DNA of 64,000 nt from Octopus sinensis (lineage: Eukaryota), in assembly GCF_006345805.1 (NCBI RefSeq), contig NC_042998.1, forward strand, positions 133,300,001 through 133,364,000. The letters are read 5' to 3'. Numbering within the stretch: position 1 is the first letter of the stretch; the number at the start of each line of letters is the position of its first letter. Shown one piece after another: positions 12,781 to 25,976 of this stretch. A program made the translations under genes and the position numbers. The notes below the pieces were generated by a model, which made no database searches, had not been told where the DNA came from, and worked only from the letters and a program-made list of their open reading frames with translations.

Positions 12781-13852
12781 GTATCATTCTTTCAGTGTTC
12801 TGCTTGCTTATAACCAGAAATGACTGACTAAAGTAGCAATAATTCTCTAGGTCGTTCAATTGTTCTCTACCGATCAGTAGGCCGATATCAATAACAATGA
12901 CCACTGCAAACAGCTGTAAATGAAATTTACTACCATAAAGTAATATGTAATCACCATTATTTGCGCCTTATCTGATAGATATGTAGTGTAATAAATAGAC
13001 TTATAGAATGATATGGCTATCACGGAAAGATCTTCCAGGAGACCCGCCATGCAAGCCTTATAGTAATCTAATACGGAGTAGTATATTGTAGAGTTCTATG
13101 CAGCTGAAATCCAGGCGATCCGTTCGATGAAACTATGAGTAAGATATAAAACATAAAATGTCAGAAGGTATGAGAAGTGAATATATTTATTTAACTCCTT
13201 GTCATCCTTAGGATTTCAACTTCAGCACGTTATATTAATTTCAGAGTACAATTAATTATATTACATGTCTGCACCTGTATACATGCTACGCATTGTACAA
13301 ATCAATGCAGATAAAAGAAGCTAGTTCATCAGATCACCAAAACATCATGGTCTCACCAATTCATCAACTCTAAGTATATATTCAAAATTTTCCCTTTATA
13401 TATATAATGTATGGAAGTGTAATTTTGGTTAAGATGTTGGATCCAAGTTTAGGGAATTGATTATCCTTAATATCAACAATAGACAGGAAAGGGATAGCAA
13501 AAGTAATTAAATTAAATAAAATAATTAGAAAATGTCTAAAAATATATATAACAAATTTGTGTTAAATCGGTAGAAGAATCTCTGGATATGCTTTAATACA
13601 TTAACAATTAGTAAGTTAAGAGAAGATTACGGTTAACCAAGGTAAGGAATTAGCAAACATACAAGATCCAAATTCCTTTAGACGCTGACATAAATGGGTA
13701 ATAAATATTCTCACAAATAGCACAGTATTGTCTAATACATTATCTAATACTGAGGTAGTACAACATTATGGTTAACCAATGTAGAGAATTACTCAATAGC
13801 ACTGACCCATCCTATGAAGTTTATTAATGTTGATATAATAATTTAGTCTAAG

Positions 13853-14220
13853 GTTCTGACATCTTATAATGAATTCATCACGCTGATTAATAATATTCCG
13901 TTTAATTTTCTTAATATGGAATGCCTCAGATACACAGAGCACACACCAGCCTCTGCCACTTTTGCATGGTTGTGCTGCACGGACAATAGAGCAAACAACT
14001 TTAAATTCAATACTATTATCAGTGAGATGTACAAATTCAGCTCGATATGTATGATTAGCTTTTTCTCATAGCCTAAATGTAGACTTGGGATCATTCTAAT
14101 GAAGTTTGAATGAGGAAGTGGATGCACCAATGTAAACATGTTTTTTACCAAGAGCAATGGTAAAGCTTTCCTGAGGCATTGGTTATTAATCGGACACATT
14201 GATTTCTTACTAAGGTTACA
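13853..14220 (-). pseudogene. Decayed PLE linker and GIY-YIG, same type as 9355-9996
   Basis: Manual translation across a frameshift and stops: CNLSKKSMCPINNQCL.../VYIGASTSSFKLH*NDPKSTF...CVLCVSEAFHI...IINQRDEFIIRCQN. Confidence 0.8.
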
Positions 14221-15444
14221 TAAAGCAAAGTTAGCTTGATTATTAGTAGATAAGGTAGGTTCAACTTCACTGATATCAGGTATATCAGTATGTTGACAAT
14301 TTGCAATAGATATTGCATTGTGATTATTTAGGTGGCCAGAAGTTGCAGTATTAGATGTTCTGTCAGTATTATAATCTGCACAGTTTAATATAATATGAAA
14401 GTTTATTATACAATGAAATTATTATTACACGATGAAGGTTGAGAAACGGCCGTGATCTTAAGGATGACAAGTGGTTAAATTCATATATTCTTCTCTCACA
14501 CCTCTTGACTTTTTATGCTGTTTGGTATGTATGTATGTATGTATGTATGTATGTATGTATGTATATATAAACATTTCCCTGTAAATTTAGTGGATAATTT
14601 GAGGCGCATTACCAGTGATATTCATTGAGTCTTAAGGCGTTTCGGGTCTTTCAACATCAGATCCCATCGATCATTTAATCCAGCCGGGGTTATTCAAGTT
14701 TCTGCCCACTTTATCTAAAGAGATCTACATATATCTCTGTGCAGTTTCAGTGACAGAGAGAATGGCCGCTTTCTTTGCTGCGCCAGTATGTCTCAGATAC
14801 ATGAAACCCACCTGACAACATATCGCAGAGTACTCGCAGTGTGTTCGTTGTATAAAGAAATGAGTACAGAAAGCACAACGTTATCTGATTTAACCCGCTC
14901 ATCAGCAAGAATGTAAAATCAAAATTTGAGAAGCCTTTTAGTTTTAATTAAAATGCCGCACCCAAGTTATTGTAAACTATTTAAGAAAAATATATGTTCC
15001 CATAGCTTGTTGCTGAATGAGAACAAGCCATATGACAATTTTGGATGTTCCATTTCAAAAAACCAACAATTAGCTTAATATTATAGACTAATAACGAGCA
15101 CACATGTTCAGGTGGGTATTATGGAATGAATAAAATATTTATGTGTAAAAGCAATTCTAAGATTCAATTTCTCATTAATCATTCTACCTTCTGGAATGAG
15201 GCACAAGGAAACTTCACAGTCTTCCTCCTGTGCTTATGACACTTGAAAGAACAAGTTATTGATCATTTCTAGATTAGCTGAAAAGTAATGAAACACATGT
15301 TGTATATAAACCAAATACGACAGTAATAATTGTTGTTGCCAATAACTGAAAATTTAAATAAAACGTTGGATACAATATGGACGTCACGAAAGAAATTCAA
15401 CCAAACAAATCATAACAGCGAAGTAGAATCTCATAGATTTACCA

Positions 15445-15710
15445 GATATATATAAATTCAAGAATACCGTTTAAACGAGTCTATTTCACCGAACTGAACA
15501 AGAACACCGTGCAGTAAAGGAGCATGTGCCTCATTACCTGATTTATTAAGAATGGCAGTCAAATCTTCCAGAAATTACAACTCTCTTAGTAAACAACACG
15601 TAGGATATTGTGATGCGGAGTTAGCTACACTTGCTAAAAACAGGATATAGTTGCAGTTGGAAAGATTTGGAGGAAAACTATAATATTGCTAAACAACAAC
15701 AAAAATGAAC
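15445..15710 (+). pseudogene. Highly decayed PLE GIY-YIG remnant
   Basis: DIYKFKNTV*TSLFHRTEQEHRAVKEHVPHYL resembles IYKFxC.C...YIGxT......RxKEHVP. Confidence 0.45.
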
Positions 15711-15795
15711 ACCGAACGTAACTCCTTTAGCACTGAAAACTTTATTTGTTGATATAGCATCTGAGGAAAGTATGGCTTGTGAAATCGTATCAAGG

Positions 15796-15852
<57 letters not shown>

Positions 15853-15959
15853 TATATATAATTACCGTTTTATTTTACTGAACACACATTTGTCGTTCAC
15901 GATGAGAAAATCCATCATAGACACACATATATATATATATGAACATATATATGTACATA

Positions 15960-16012
<53 letters not shown>

Positions 16013-16329
16013 TATAATATATATATATATATAAGAATATATAAATATACCTCTTTTATAATATTATACATATAGACACACATACACACATGTATACACG
16101 CATCTATAGTATACACCCACACCTACACAGATACACACACACACACACACACACACACTGGTGTAAAAAAAAGCAAAAGGTTGAAGGGTTGCAAGATAAT
16201 GTCAGCGCTTACAATAACAATAATATTTCTCTTTGAGGAGCAGCAGGTGCTTTTGTTGATATTATTGTAGTAGCTAGCGTTATTGCTTTAAAAGATAATG
16301 ATGATATAGTTGCTGTAGTTGTTAATGAT

Positions 16330-16630
16330 GATAATGATGATGATGATGATGACTACGATAACGATGACGTCGACAGCAATGGTTATGATAATGATACTGC
16401 TGCTGTATTTGTAGCTGCTGCTGTTGTTGCTGCTGTTGCTGATGTTGTTAATGATGATGACGATGATGACGACGACGACGACGACGACGACGATGATGAT
16501 GATGATGATGATGATGATGACTTCGACGATGATGGTCATCATGAACATCGTTTTGAACATAATTATCGTGATCGCAATGATTATTTATAATGACGATAAT
16601 GATTTTCATGATATAAAGATGACATCGATG
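16330..16630 (+). repeat. (GAT)/(GAC)/(GCT) trinucleotide low-complexity tract
   Basis: Direct reading. Confidence 0.9.
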
Positions 16631-17223
16631 ATGATAATTAAAAGGAAGAGGAAGACGATGACAATGAAGAGGAAGATGGGAGGGAGGAGAGTGCATTGAT
16701 GAGAGTCCTGTCATTAGTGATCTTTTCACATGAAGGATTTCCATATGATCTGTCCTTTAAGTTTCATGAATCTTCCATTTTATTTTTAGTTTTTATTCAA
16801 GCATTTTTAATATTTATTTTCCTTTACTTAAGGAGACATATAATATCTTAGTTGAATGATATGAGTAAGATAAATACGCAGACATGTACAAATAATTAGA
16901 CAGATAGATACATAGAAAGATAAGATTGTATGAATCTAACGTAAGACGAAACGATATATAATTTTCTATAAACCGAAGGATGGGGATAGCGTAAACTTAA
17001 TTCTAGACCAAAAATTAATTGATACTTTTAATAAAAACATAATTTTCATCTTCTAATATACTTAAGTTCTGAAGAGAATCGATCCAATATATTTTGCAAT
17101 AATCGCCTTTTAAGACTTCTCAACTCATTTTGTTGTACAGTTCTATATTTAAGAGATGAGGAATTATGTACATTATTTACATTATTTACAATGTACGGAT
17201 ATTTGTCCTCATCTTGTTTGTTG

Positions 17224-17272
17224 TTAACACAGCGTTTCGGCTGATATACCCTCCAGCTTTCTTCAGGTATCT
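17224..17272 (-). ncRNA. Hammerhead motif with mutated cleavage region
   Basis: Minus strand: gatac CUGAAGA aagctg gagggtatat cagcc GAAAC gc t gtgtt. Confidence 0.6.
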
Positions 17273-17320
17273 TGGGGAAATTTATATTATACAACACTGC
17301 AAATATCTTCTTCGAGTAAA

Positions 17321-17633
17321 ACAACCGACAGAAGAGAATATGACCAAAGACTGCGTGTGCTCCATCCCATGTAGCTGTGGTAGGTTATACAAAGGCGAAA
17401 CATGCCGCCCCTTCAAAATAAGGGTAGACGAACATCGCAAAGCTGTGACACGAGGAGATATTGATAAATCGGGTATAGCTGATCATGTATGGAAAAATAG
17501 AGACCACTTCCCTCTGTGGGACGAAGTTAAAATAATAGACAGAGAACACCACTGGAAAATACGAAAACTAAAAAAAAGCGGCACATATGCTAGGACACAA
17601 CCTCCTAAGCAGACCGAATGCAGATATGAGTAG
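17321..17633 (+). pseudogene. PLE GIY-YIG endonuclease fragment
   Basis: CVCSIPCSCGRLYKGETCRPFKIRVDEHRKAVTRGDIDKSGIADHVW...HFPLWDEVKIIDREHHWKIRKLK. Confidence 0.9.
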
Positions 17634-17711
17634 CATATAGGAAACGGTATTTAGGAAAGATAGAAAAATATTAGATTTTTAAGCCCTTAAATTCTCTCCA
17701 TAAACGCCCAT

Positions 17712-17786
17712 GGGCATATGGCGTAGTATTTAAGAGCGCGGGCTACTAACCCCAAGATTCCGAGTTCGATTCTAGGCAGTGACCTG
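17712..17786 (+). other. tRNA-like (Pol III A/B box) segment
   Basis: tggcgtagt (A-box-like) and gagttcgattc (B box); the anticodon arm is imperfect. Confidence 0.55.
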
Positions 17787-17851
17787 AATAATTATTATTA
17801 TAACATCGAAAAATATCTTAGGAATGAGAAACCAGGTTCGAACTTTCCCCA

Positions 17852-17898
17852 AGATACCAGAAGAAGGCTGGAGGGTATATCATCCGAAACTTTGTGTT
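17852..17898 (+). ncRNA. Decayed hammerhead motif (inverted partner of 17224-17272)
   Basis: gatac CAGAAGA aggctg gagggtatat catcc GAAAC ttt gtgtt. Confidence 0.5.
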
Positions 17899-18156
17899 AA
17901 CAAGATGAGGACAAATATCTGTCGAATGTAGATAATGTTTTTTTTGTTTTTTTTTTTGTTTTCTCAGAAAATAATTCCACAAACCTATGAATACAATTGC
18001 TCACAATTACAGATATGTCCTTTTATAAATACATGTGTATATGTCACTGCACATTTAAATACCTATATCGTGTGCGCGCGTGTGAGTTTCTGCAGGTCTG
18101 TGCCTATACAATTATATATGTGGTGTCTATGTATATATATATATATTATATATATA

Positions 18157-18202
<46 letters not shown>

Positions 18203-18220
18203 TATTTATTTATGTATATA

Positions 18221-18575
18221 CAGAGTGTCCCCCCCAAATGTATACACTTGATGCAACAGTCATTAGAGAGGACTTTGAACAGGAAGAGTTTTATTTCCAG
18301 CAAGATGGGGCACCTCCACACTACCATCGCGATGTAGATCTTGATGGGATCTTGCCAAACAGGTGGATTGGACGGAGAGGTTTTGTCGAATACCCTCCAC
18401 GTTCACCAGACCTCACACCACTAGACTTCTTTTTATGGGGATACCTAAAGGACAAAGTCTACGCACAGAAACCTGCAACAGTCGTTCAATTGAGGGCAAC
18501 CATTGAACATGAATGTACGAATATCCCAAGGGAATTGTTCCATGATGTGTGTATACATTTTTTGGGGACACCCTG
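18221..18575 (+). mobile_element. Internally deleted Tc1/mariner-superfamily element
   Basis: TIRs cagagtgtccccccaaatgtatacac / gtgtatacattttttggggacaccctg, flanked by TA; encodes FQQDGAPPH...WIGRRG...PPRSPDLTPLDFFLWGYLKDKVY. Confidence 0.9.
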
Positions 18576-18579
18576 TATA

Positions 18580-18649
<70 letters not shown>

Positions 18650-18672
18650 GTATAATGTATGTATATGTATTT

Positions 18673-18786
18673 ATGTCATTATTCAGTTTATTTCAAGATT
18701 TCTTACCAATAGAGAAAGAACCGGTTTCTAACCTAGATCCAAGGTTCCTTCATTGGATGTTCAACATCAACAACAGGGTATTTTTG
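18673..18786 (+). repeat. Dispersed repeat, probable LINE 3' end (second copy at 26311-26424)
   Basis: Two similar ~115-bp copies, each followed by a short-unit tail ((GTTT)n or (TATG)n). Confidence 0.55.
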
Positions 18787-18939
18787 TTTGTTTGTTTGTT
18801 TATTTGAATGTATATATGTATGTATGCATGTACTATTTGGTCATCGCATAAATAATGCAGATTTTTCAATTGCATGAACTAAAAGTTGGTGGCGGCGAGA
18901 TAAAGTACCTTCATCAACTTGCTATAAAAGCAGGTAGTA

Positions 18940-20193
18940 TTAGGTTGTTCCGAAGACAACCGCCGATTTCAGAAACATAATTTTATTGTGGAAAAATTAA
19001 CAATAGAAATATTTTGATTAGTCAAAGTATGAGCCGTGAACATCTATGCATCTCTACCATCGATCAACGAGATTATTTATAAAAAATTACAGGCTTTGAT
19101 GCTAAGAAATGTTTGAAAGCGGATTCCACATCTGGCTTGGACCTAAAAGGGTTATCATTTAAAAACGTGTATAAATGTTTTAAAAATGGTAGTCAGTGGG
19201 TAAAAGATCAGGAGAATATTGAGGATGTGGTAAATTTTCGTATTCCAAGTCTGTGAGCTTCTGCAGCTTCATTCTTGCTACATGTGGCTTTGCATTATCG
19301 TGGAGCAGAATTGAGTCACGCCGATTCACCAATGCAGGTCTCCTTTTTTGCAAGTGACCGTGCATTTCAGTGAGTTTAATGCAGTAAACCTCGGCTGTAA
19401 TGACTTCCAGAGAACCTCAATAGACAACACCAATTGCAGACCACCAGACAGCTACCATAATCTTTTGTTGAAGCAACTTTGGCTTTGGGAAATGTTTGGG
19501 GGGACTCATTACGATCAAGCCATTGATATGATCGTTTACGGTTATCATAAAGCATCATCTTTTCGTCACAAGTGTCTATTCGGTCAAGAAAAGGATCATT
19601 GGTGTTTCGCAGAAAGAGCCTTTAGCACACTTCAAACCGCCGAACTTTTTGATTTTCATTGAGTTCATGCGGTACCCATTTATCTTAATTTTTCACCTTA
19701 CCAATTTTCTGCAGATTGCGTGAGACTGTTGCAATACCAACACCAATTGCCTGAGACACTTCTCTGACATTTTGACGTGGGTTTTATTCAACTATTTTTT
19801 TCAATTGTTCATTGTCAAGTCTGCATGACCGCCCTCTTCTTTCGTCAGCCTGAAGACTCTCATCATCACTACGGAATTTCTGAAACCACCTTCATACTAT
19901 GCGGTCACTTGTGGACCCATCTCCCCATGCTCTGTTGATATTGGCAGCAGTCTGGTAGGCGTTGTGCCCAAGCTTGAACTCATGCAAGAAAAGTAAGCGA
20001 AGGTCTTTTTTTTGTCATGTTCATAATTAAGGGCGATAATGTTTTCTTTCTGAAATAGGTAGAAAATTATTAAAGAGCATACATCAATTATTAAGAATAT
20101 CGAAATTCACCTAAAATATAATTAAAATACAATGATAAAATTGCATTTCAAAACACAACACTTAGAGCGGCCATTATTTTCAGAGCAGCCTAA
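18940..20193 (-). mobile_element. Near full-length decayed mariner
   Basis: TIRs ttaggttgttccgaagacaaccgccg / cggccattattttcagagcagcctaa with TA flanks; LLHDNAKPHVAR...HPQYSPDLLPTDYHF. Confidence 0.9.
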
Positions 20194-20199
20194 TAATTT

Positions 20200-21251
20200 T
20201 ACCTTGTGTTTATCCTTAGTACAGGTTTTGAAGAGTGCAGTTCGATTTTAACAGGGTTTTTTTTCAAAGTTATAATGGAAGTGATAAAGGAACATATTTG
20301 ATATATGTTGCTTTATAAGTTCAATGAAGGCAACAACCGCAACGGAAAGTGTGAATGCAATATATGGGGATTGGACAATAAGTGTAAGCCAGTGTCAATG
20401 GTGGTTCCAGAATTTCCGATCGTAACTGTCGAGGAACTAGCAGAAAAGCTTGGTAATTCAACCATTAATCGACACTTGCGTGCCATCGCAGAAGTCAGAA
20501 AATTGGGTCAATGGGTACCTCACAAACTGTCCGAGTCTAATCACGTGCAGAGAGTGAATGTGTGTTCTTTGCTGCCACGTCTCACGAATGAACATTTTTG
20601 GGCCGAATAGTGACTGGTGACGAGAAATGGGTTCTCTTTGAAAGTTTCGAGAGCCGTAGACATTGGGTAGGGAAAGTAGAAATACCAACACCCCAGGTTA
20701 AAGAAGATATTCACTCACGTAAGGTATTGTTATCTGTTTTGTGGGATATGAAAGGTTTCGTCCACTTTGAACTTTTAAACCCAAACCAAATGATAACAAA
20801 GGAGATCTACTACGAGCAGCTTGAGCGGTTTAAGTCAGCGCTAGAAGAACAATGACCATCTTTGATTTCAAGACGAAAGGTGTTCTTCCATCAGGATAAT
20901 GCTCGGACACATACAGCAAGGACGATATTCTAAAGGCAGGACAAGTGTGAATGGGAAACGATGCCCCACCTACTATATTCGACGGATATTGCCTCATCTT
21001 GTTTATCATTTATTCTGGTGTCTTCAAAATCATTTGGACGGGAAAAATACGAATCCGGTAGACGGGGTCAGAAGAGTACTGGAGGAGTATTTTGGTCACG
21101 GAGAAGTGAATTTTAGAAGAGGGGCCTTGCAAGTCTACCAGACAGATGGAACAGCATTGCAGAAAATGGAGGATAGTATATTTCAGATTAAAAAAGAACT
21201 TTATCATAATTTTGAAAAATTAAAGAATACAAAAACCGCATTATGACCCAA
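20200..21251 (+). mobile_element. Decayed mariner of a second family
   Basis: KLGQWVPHKLS, RIVTGDEKWV, HQDNARTH across frameshifts; right TIR remnant aaaaccgcattatgacccaata. Confidence 0.9.
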
Positions 21252-21261
21252 TATATTGCTT

Positions 21262-21455
21262 TTTTACTTGTTTCAATCTGCGGCCATGCTGGAACACCAT
21301 CTTTCGTCGAATAAATCGACCTCCAAGACTAATTTTTGTAATCCTAGTACTTACTCTATTGGTCTCTTATGACGAACCGCTAAGTTATGGGTACGTAAAC
21401 GCACGAACTTCGGTTGTCAAGCGATGGTGGGGGACAAGCACTGACACAAACATAC
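21262..21455 (-). mobile_element. SINE B 3' half
   Basis: Reverse complement of the family B tail (cggccatgctggaacacc...gaaccgctaagtta). Confidence 0.8.
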
Positions 21456-21464
21456 GTATATATA

Positions 21465-21526
<62 letters not shown>

Positions 21527-21621
21527 TATATATATACATATATATACATATATATACACATATATATATACATATATATATACACACATATATATACATA
21601 TATATATATATACATACATAA

Positions 21622-21700
<79 letters not shown>

Positions 21701-22463
21701 TGAGTAGATAGATAGATAGATAAATAGGTATGAAATTCATAATACAGCCACAATATTTTAAGAAGGATTGTCTTAAATTGAAGAAAATTTATTACATTGA
21801 AAGATATTTCGTATTGTGTAAGCGCTTTCACTGGTTACAGATTTTCGTTCACACAAGCTATAGAAGAATTTGATTTTTGTAGCGGCGTTGACAATTTCGA
21901 GTTCAGAGTCGGATTAAAATTTTCGTAAAATATTCTGCTTTTCCCATTCGTAGTTGATCGTTATCTTCCTCCCACCATCCCACCTCTTTTTCTTTTTTTT
22001 AAAAAAAAGAGGACTTTTTAAATCTTCCGTTTGCAAAATAGCTTTGATATTCACCATATCGATCATTTCTAAGAGTGATCTGTTCTGTTGCTTATATAAG
22101 ACCTTGTTCTGTTGCTTATATAACCAAAACCGGTATTTTAATTTTGATCGTGATTTTGGCGATGTAATTCTTGTTGCACTGTAATATGTCATGCAGGAAA
22201 TTAACATTTTTGTTTTGCATTAACTATCAATTCCTTGTATATTTTTTTCCTGATCTATTCAGTTATTTCACGCGTCTCGCAACAAAATTCTCCGCGTTTT
22301 GTTACCAGCACTAATTGTTCCACTGATGTGAATTTGCCTTTGTTACTAATCTATTGATTTGGTCGTTGTCTTCAGCTGATGAGAATTTGTGATTCTTTGT
22401 TTTCCTGTGATTTTATTATTGGTAACAATTGAAATATATTGTTTTGTCGAATTATGAATTCTG

Positions 22464-22937
22464 GAAGGCGGCGGCGAGCTGGCAAATTCAGCCGAAGTTG
22501 ACTTGAAGGCGGTGAGCTGGCAGAAACGTTAGCATGCTGGGCGAAATGCTTAGCGGTATTTCGTCTGCCGTTACCTTCTGGGTTCGAATTCCGCCGAGGT
22601 CGACTTTGCCTTTCATCCTTTCGGGGTCGATAAATAAAGTACCAGTTACACACTCGGGTCGATACAATCGACTTAATCCGTTTGTCTGTACTTGTTTGTC
22701 CCTTCCGTGTGTAGCCTCTTGTGGGCAATAAAGAAATAAGAAACGTTAGAATGCCGGGCGAAATGCTTGGTGGTATTTCGTCTGTTTTTACGTTCTGAGT
22801 TCAAATTCCGCCTAGGTCGACTTTGCTTTTCATTCTCTCTGGGTCGATAAATTAAGTACTAGTTACGTACTGGGGTCGATCTAATCGACTGGCCCCCTCC
22901 CCCCAGAATTTCAGGCCTTGTGCCTAGAGTAGAAAAG
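22464..22937 (+). mobile_element. Nested/compound SINE A (two bodies, two tail types)
   Basis: Head at 22464, second head at 22505, tail type 2 (ending aaagaaata), then a resumed body ending gcctagagtagaaaag. Confidence 0.9.
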
Positions 22938-24035
22938 TATCATGGATTCTGGGATTATAGATAACTACAAATGAAGTATTTGTATTTTTGTGTTTACCGT
23001 TTATTTTGAGGGTTTCTCAGTCAGACAGTGATTAGGTAGTCTTTATGCCTGCGTTATGACATAATTTGCCGAGATTCCAGGTTATATTTGTGCTTGAAGA
23101 AATATTCTTATTTCTACCAATCATCTCTCTTTCGTCTATTTGAGTCTGTGATTATTGAATATATGAGGTTTTTTGCAAATTGAATGTGATACTTCACTTT
23201 AAGATAAGATAGGTGGTAAGATCTAAACAATAAGTAACGATGTGTCTCCGTGTCCTGGCAGTAGAGATTGGTTCTAACAGTCATTTTTCTTAATTAACAG
23301 ACTGTCTAAAAATCAAAAACAAATAAAAAAAAAACAAGCTTCTTTTCATTTATTTCCGCAATTAACTGGATAGAATCACGAATGATATTTATTAATTTAA
23401 GGAAGTTTGTAATGCCTGTCTTACTTAATATGAAGCAAAAAATCTAGACTTCTTTTCCACTTTTCTTTTAAATACAATTAGAAATGCTACTCAGATGTAA
23501 TTACAGAATGTGCTTAGATTTTTCCGCGAGGAATCTTATTAGTAGCGCTCAAAACATGAGTGTAACTTTCATGCCAATCGCCGAAGACAAATGGACAGTA
23601 TTTTGGTGCATGAAACGTCTTCAGTTACCACACTGAGTATTTTAGATCGTTTGTCCGTGCTCCACAACAACGATTAGAATATTATTAAATTTAATTCAAT
23701 AATTTTATATTTGTGATCATCTATTGTCATCATCAACAAATTTATCATGAACATCAACACCGTATTCGTCATTATCATCGGTATCATCTTCATTAACATC
23801 ATCGTCGTCGCCGTCACCGTCATCATTACTCAGTTCTTGTATTTTATGCTTTTATGATTGTATGTTGCAAGTTAGTATAGATTTATTTATTTTCTTCGTT
23901 TTAGTTTTACATTTTCACATCTGTAATTCTTTTTCATATTTAAAGTAGATAATCTTATTCTAAATACCTACAAAACTGAAACGAGGTCATTCAGAACTAG
24001 ACAAAGAAAACGAAAACGAATCCCAGTGACTAAAG

Positions 24036-24061
24036 TATGATGATGATAATGATGATGATGC

Positions 24062-24097
<36 letters not shown>

Positions 24098-24143
24098 CGA
24101 TGACGACGATGACGATGACGACGATGACGATGACGACGATGAC

Positions 24144-24175
<32 letters not shown>

Positions 24176-24286
24176 CGATGACGACGATGATGATGATGAC
24201 CACGTCGATGACGACGAAGACAACAACGACGACAATGACGTCGACGATGATGATGGTGATGATATTGATGATAATAATAATAATAT

Positions 24287-24317
<31 letters not shown>

Positions 24318-24352
24318 AAGAAGAAGAGAAGAAGAAGAAGAAGAAGAAGAAG

Positions 24353-24383
<31 letters not shown>

Positions 24384-24392
24384 GTAACAGCA
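24036..24392 (+). repeat. Compound (GAT)/(GAC)/(AGA)/(ACA) microsatellite
   Basis: Direct reading. Confidence 0.95.
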
Positions 24393-24852
24393 ACAACAAG
24401 ACCATACCAATAATAGATGCCATGGGGGAAAATAAAGCCAAACATTTTAAATAAGAAATACTATATAAATAGCTATACGAAAAAAGAAAAAAATGAATAC
24501 AAATAAATAGTTGGTAAATACGTAAAAAAGGGATAAAAAATGTCTGTCCACTGCATTCCAACAGATTTGATTACCATTCATGACAGGGATCTACTGTTGA
24601 ATTTGAATGTGACGTTTAAAGGTATTTTGAATCGGTTAACGTTTGAAATTATGTTCTGGGCGTAGTCAAACGAAGATTCTTTTAACGGGATCTACTGCAA
24701 TAGTAGAAAACCAAACATTGCAATAATATAATAATTCATAGCCTTCTGAATAGAAAGAGCTGGATTCTTTTATATGTTACCAGTGTGGCTACGGCTATAG
24801 CTAACGCTATAAATATAAAGTACATGTTATTATAAGTCTATGTCAGCAACTT

Positions 24853-24934
<82 letters not shown>

Positions 24935-24936
24935 TG

Positions 24937-24967
<31 letters not shown>

Positions 24968-24969
24968 TG

Positions 24970-25003
<34 letters not shown>

Positions 25004-25008
<5 letters not shown>

Positions 25009-25234
25009 CTTTACTACCCACAAGGGGCTAAACACAGAGGGGACAAACAAGGACAGACAAACGGATTATGTCGATTATATCGACCCCAGTGCGTAACTGG
25101 TACTTAATTTATCGACCCTGAAAGGATGAAAGGCAAAGTCGACCTCGGCGGAATTTGAACTCAGAAGGTAACGGCAGACGAAATACGGCTACGCATTTCG
25201 CCCGGCATGCTAACGTTTCTGCCAGCTCGCCGCT
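25004..25234 (-). mobile_element. SINE A with tail type 2, its 3' end abutting (TA)n
   Basis: Full reverse-complement match from gcggcgagctggcag to gggtagtaaagaaata. Confidence 0.9.
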
Positions 25235-25301
25235 CTAAATATATATATATTATATACATACATACAAACATACATACATGTGTATATATATATATATATA
25301 T

Positions 25302-25397
25302 ACGACGGGCTTCTTTCAGTTTCCGTCTACCGAATCCACTCACAAATCTTTGGTCGGGCCGAGGCTATAGTAGAAGACGCTTGCCCAAGGTGCCACC
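25302..25397 (-). mobile_element. SINE B fragment
   Basis: cgacgggcttctttcagtttccgtctacc...cttgcccaaggtgcca. Confidence 0.8.
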
Positions 25398-25413
25398 AAG
25401 TATACATATATAT

Positions 25414-25474
<61 letters not shown>

Positions 25475-25928
25475 TATATATGCAAAGAGAGAAAAGGAGA
25501 GGGATGCATAAATTCATATATATCTCTATGCATGAGCATGAGGAGAGGCTAATTATAAGAATATTATAATCCCATTTATATGTATATATTTTTACAGATA
25601 TATATATATATATATCCATACATACATCTTTGCTATTACGTTAAACTGTCGTATGTCCAAATTTATCCCAAAGCTTTTTTTCAATATTTATATTTGCTTG
25701 CAATAGCCGGCCCTTTTAGTCAAACTATCGTATCTCAAATGTTTCAGATACCAAAATATGAAAATTGTCAAAGTGTAGTACAACGGTTTTGATATGGAAT
25801 GCTGAAATTATTTCTTCCTTTTCTGAAAAACACCTTTTTGGACATACGTTACTTTTGCATAATAGCAACGACATACATACATACATACATACATACATAC
25901 ATGCATACATACATACATACGTACACAC

Positions 25929-25976
<48 letters not shown>

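Larger units (their letters stand above)
17046..17936. mobile_element. Penelope-like element with 5' inversion (inverted pLTR pieces flanking EN)
   Basis: About 17165-17283 is the reverse complement of about 17844-17936; both carry a hammerhead-like motif and a GIY-YIG fragment lies between them. Confidence 0.8.

Noticed and set aside
15750-15795. ctgagga aag..ctt gtgaaatcgtatc, a possible hammerhead downstream of the decayed EN
   Set aside because: Stem II does not abut GAAA and stem III is unclear; too degraded to call
23578-23632. ccgaaga...gaaacgtc hammerhead-like spacing
   Set aside because: Stems I and II do not pair
24586-24697. gggatctactg repeated 101 bp apart
   Set aside because: Only 11 bp, with no surrounding similarity or structure; it cannot be distinguished from chance
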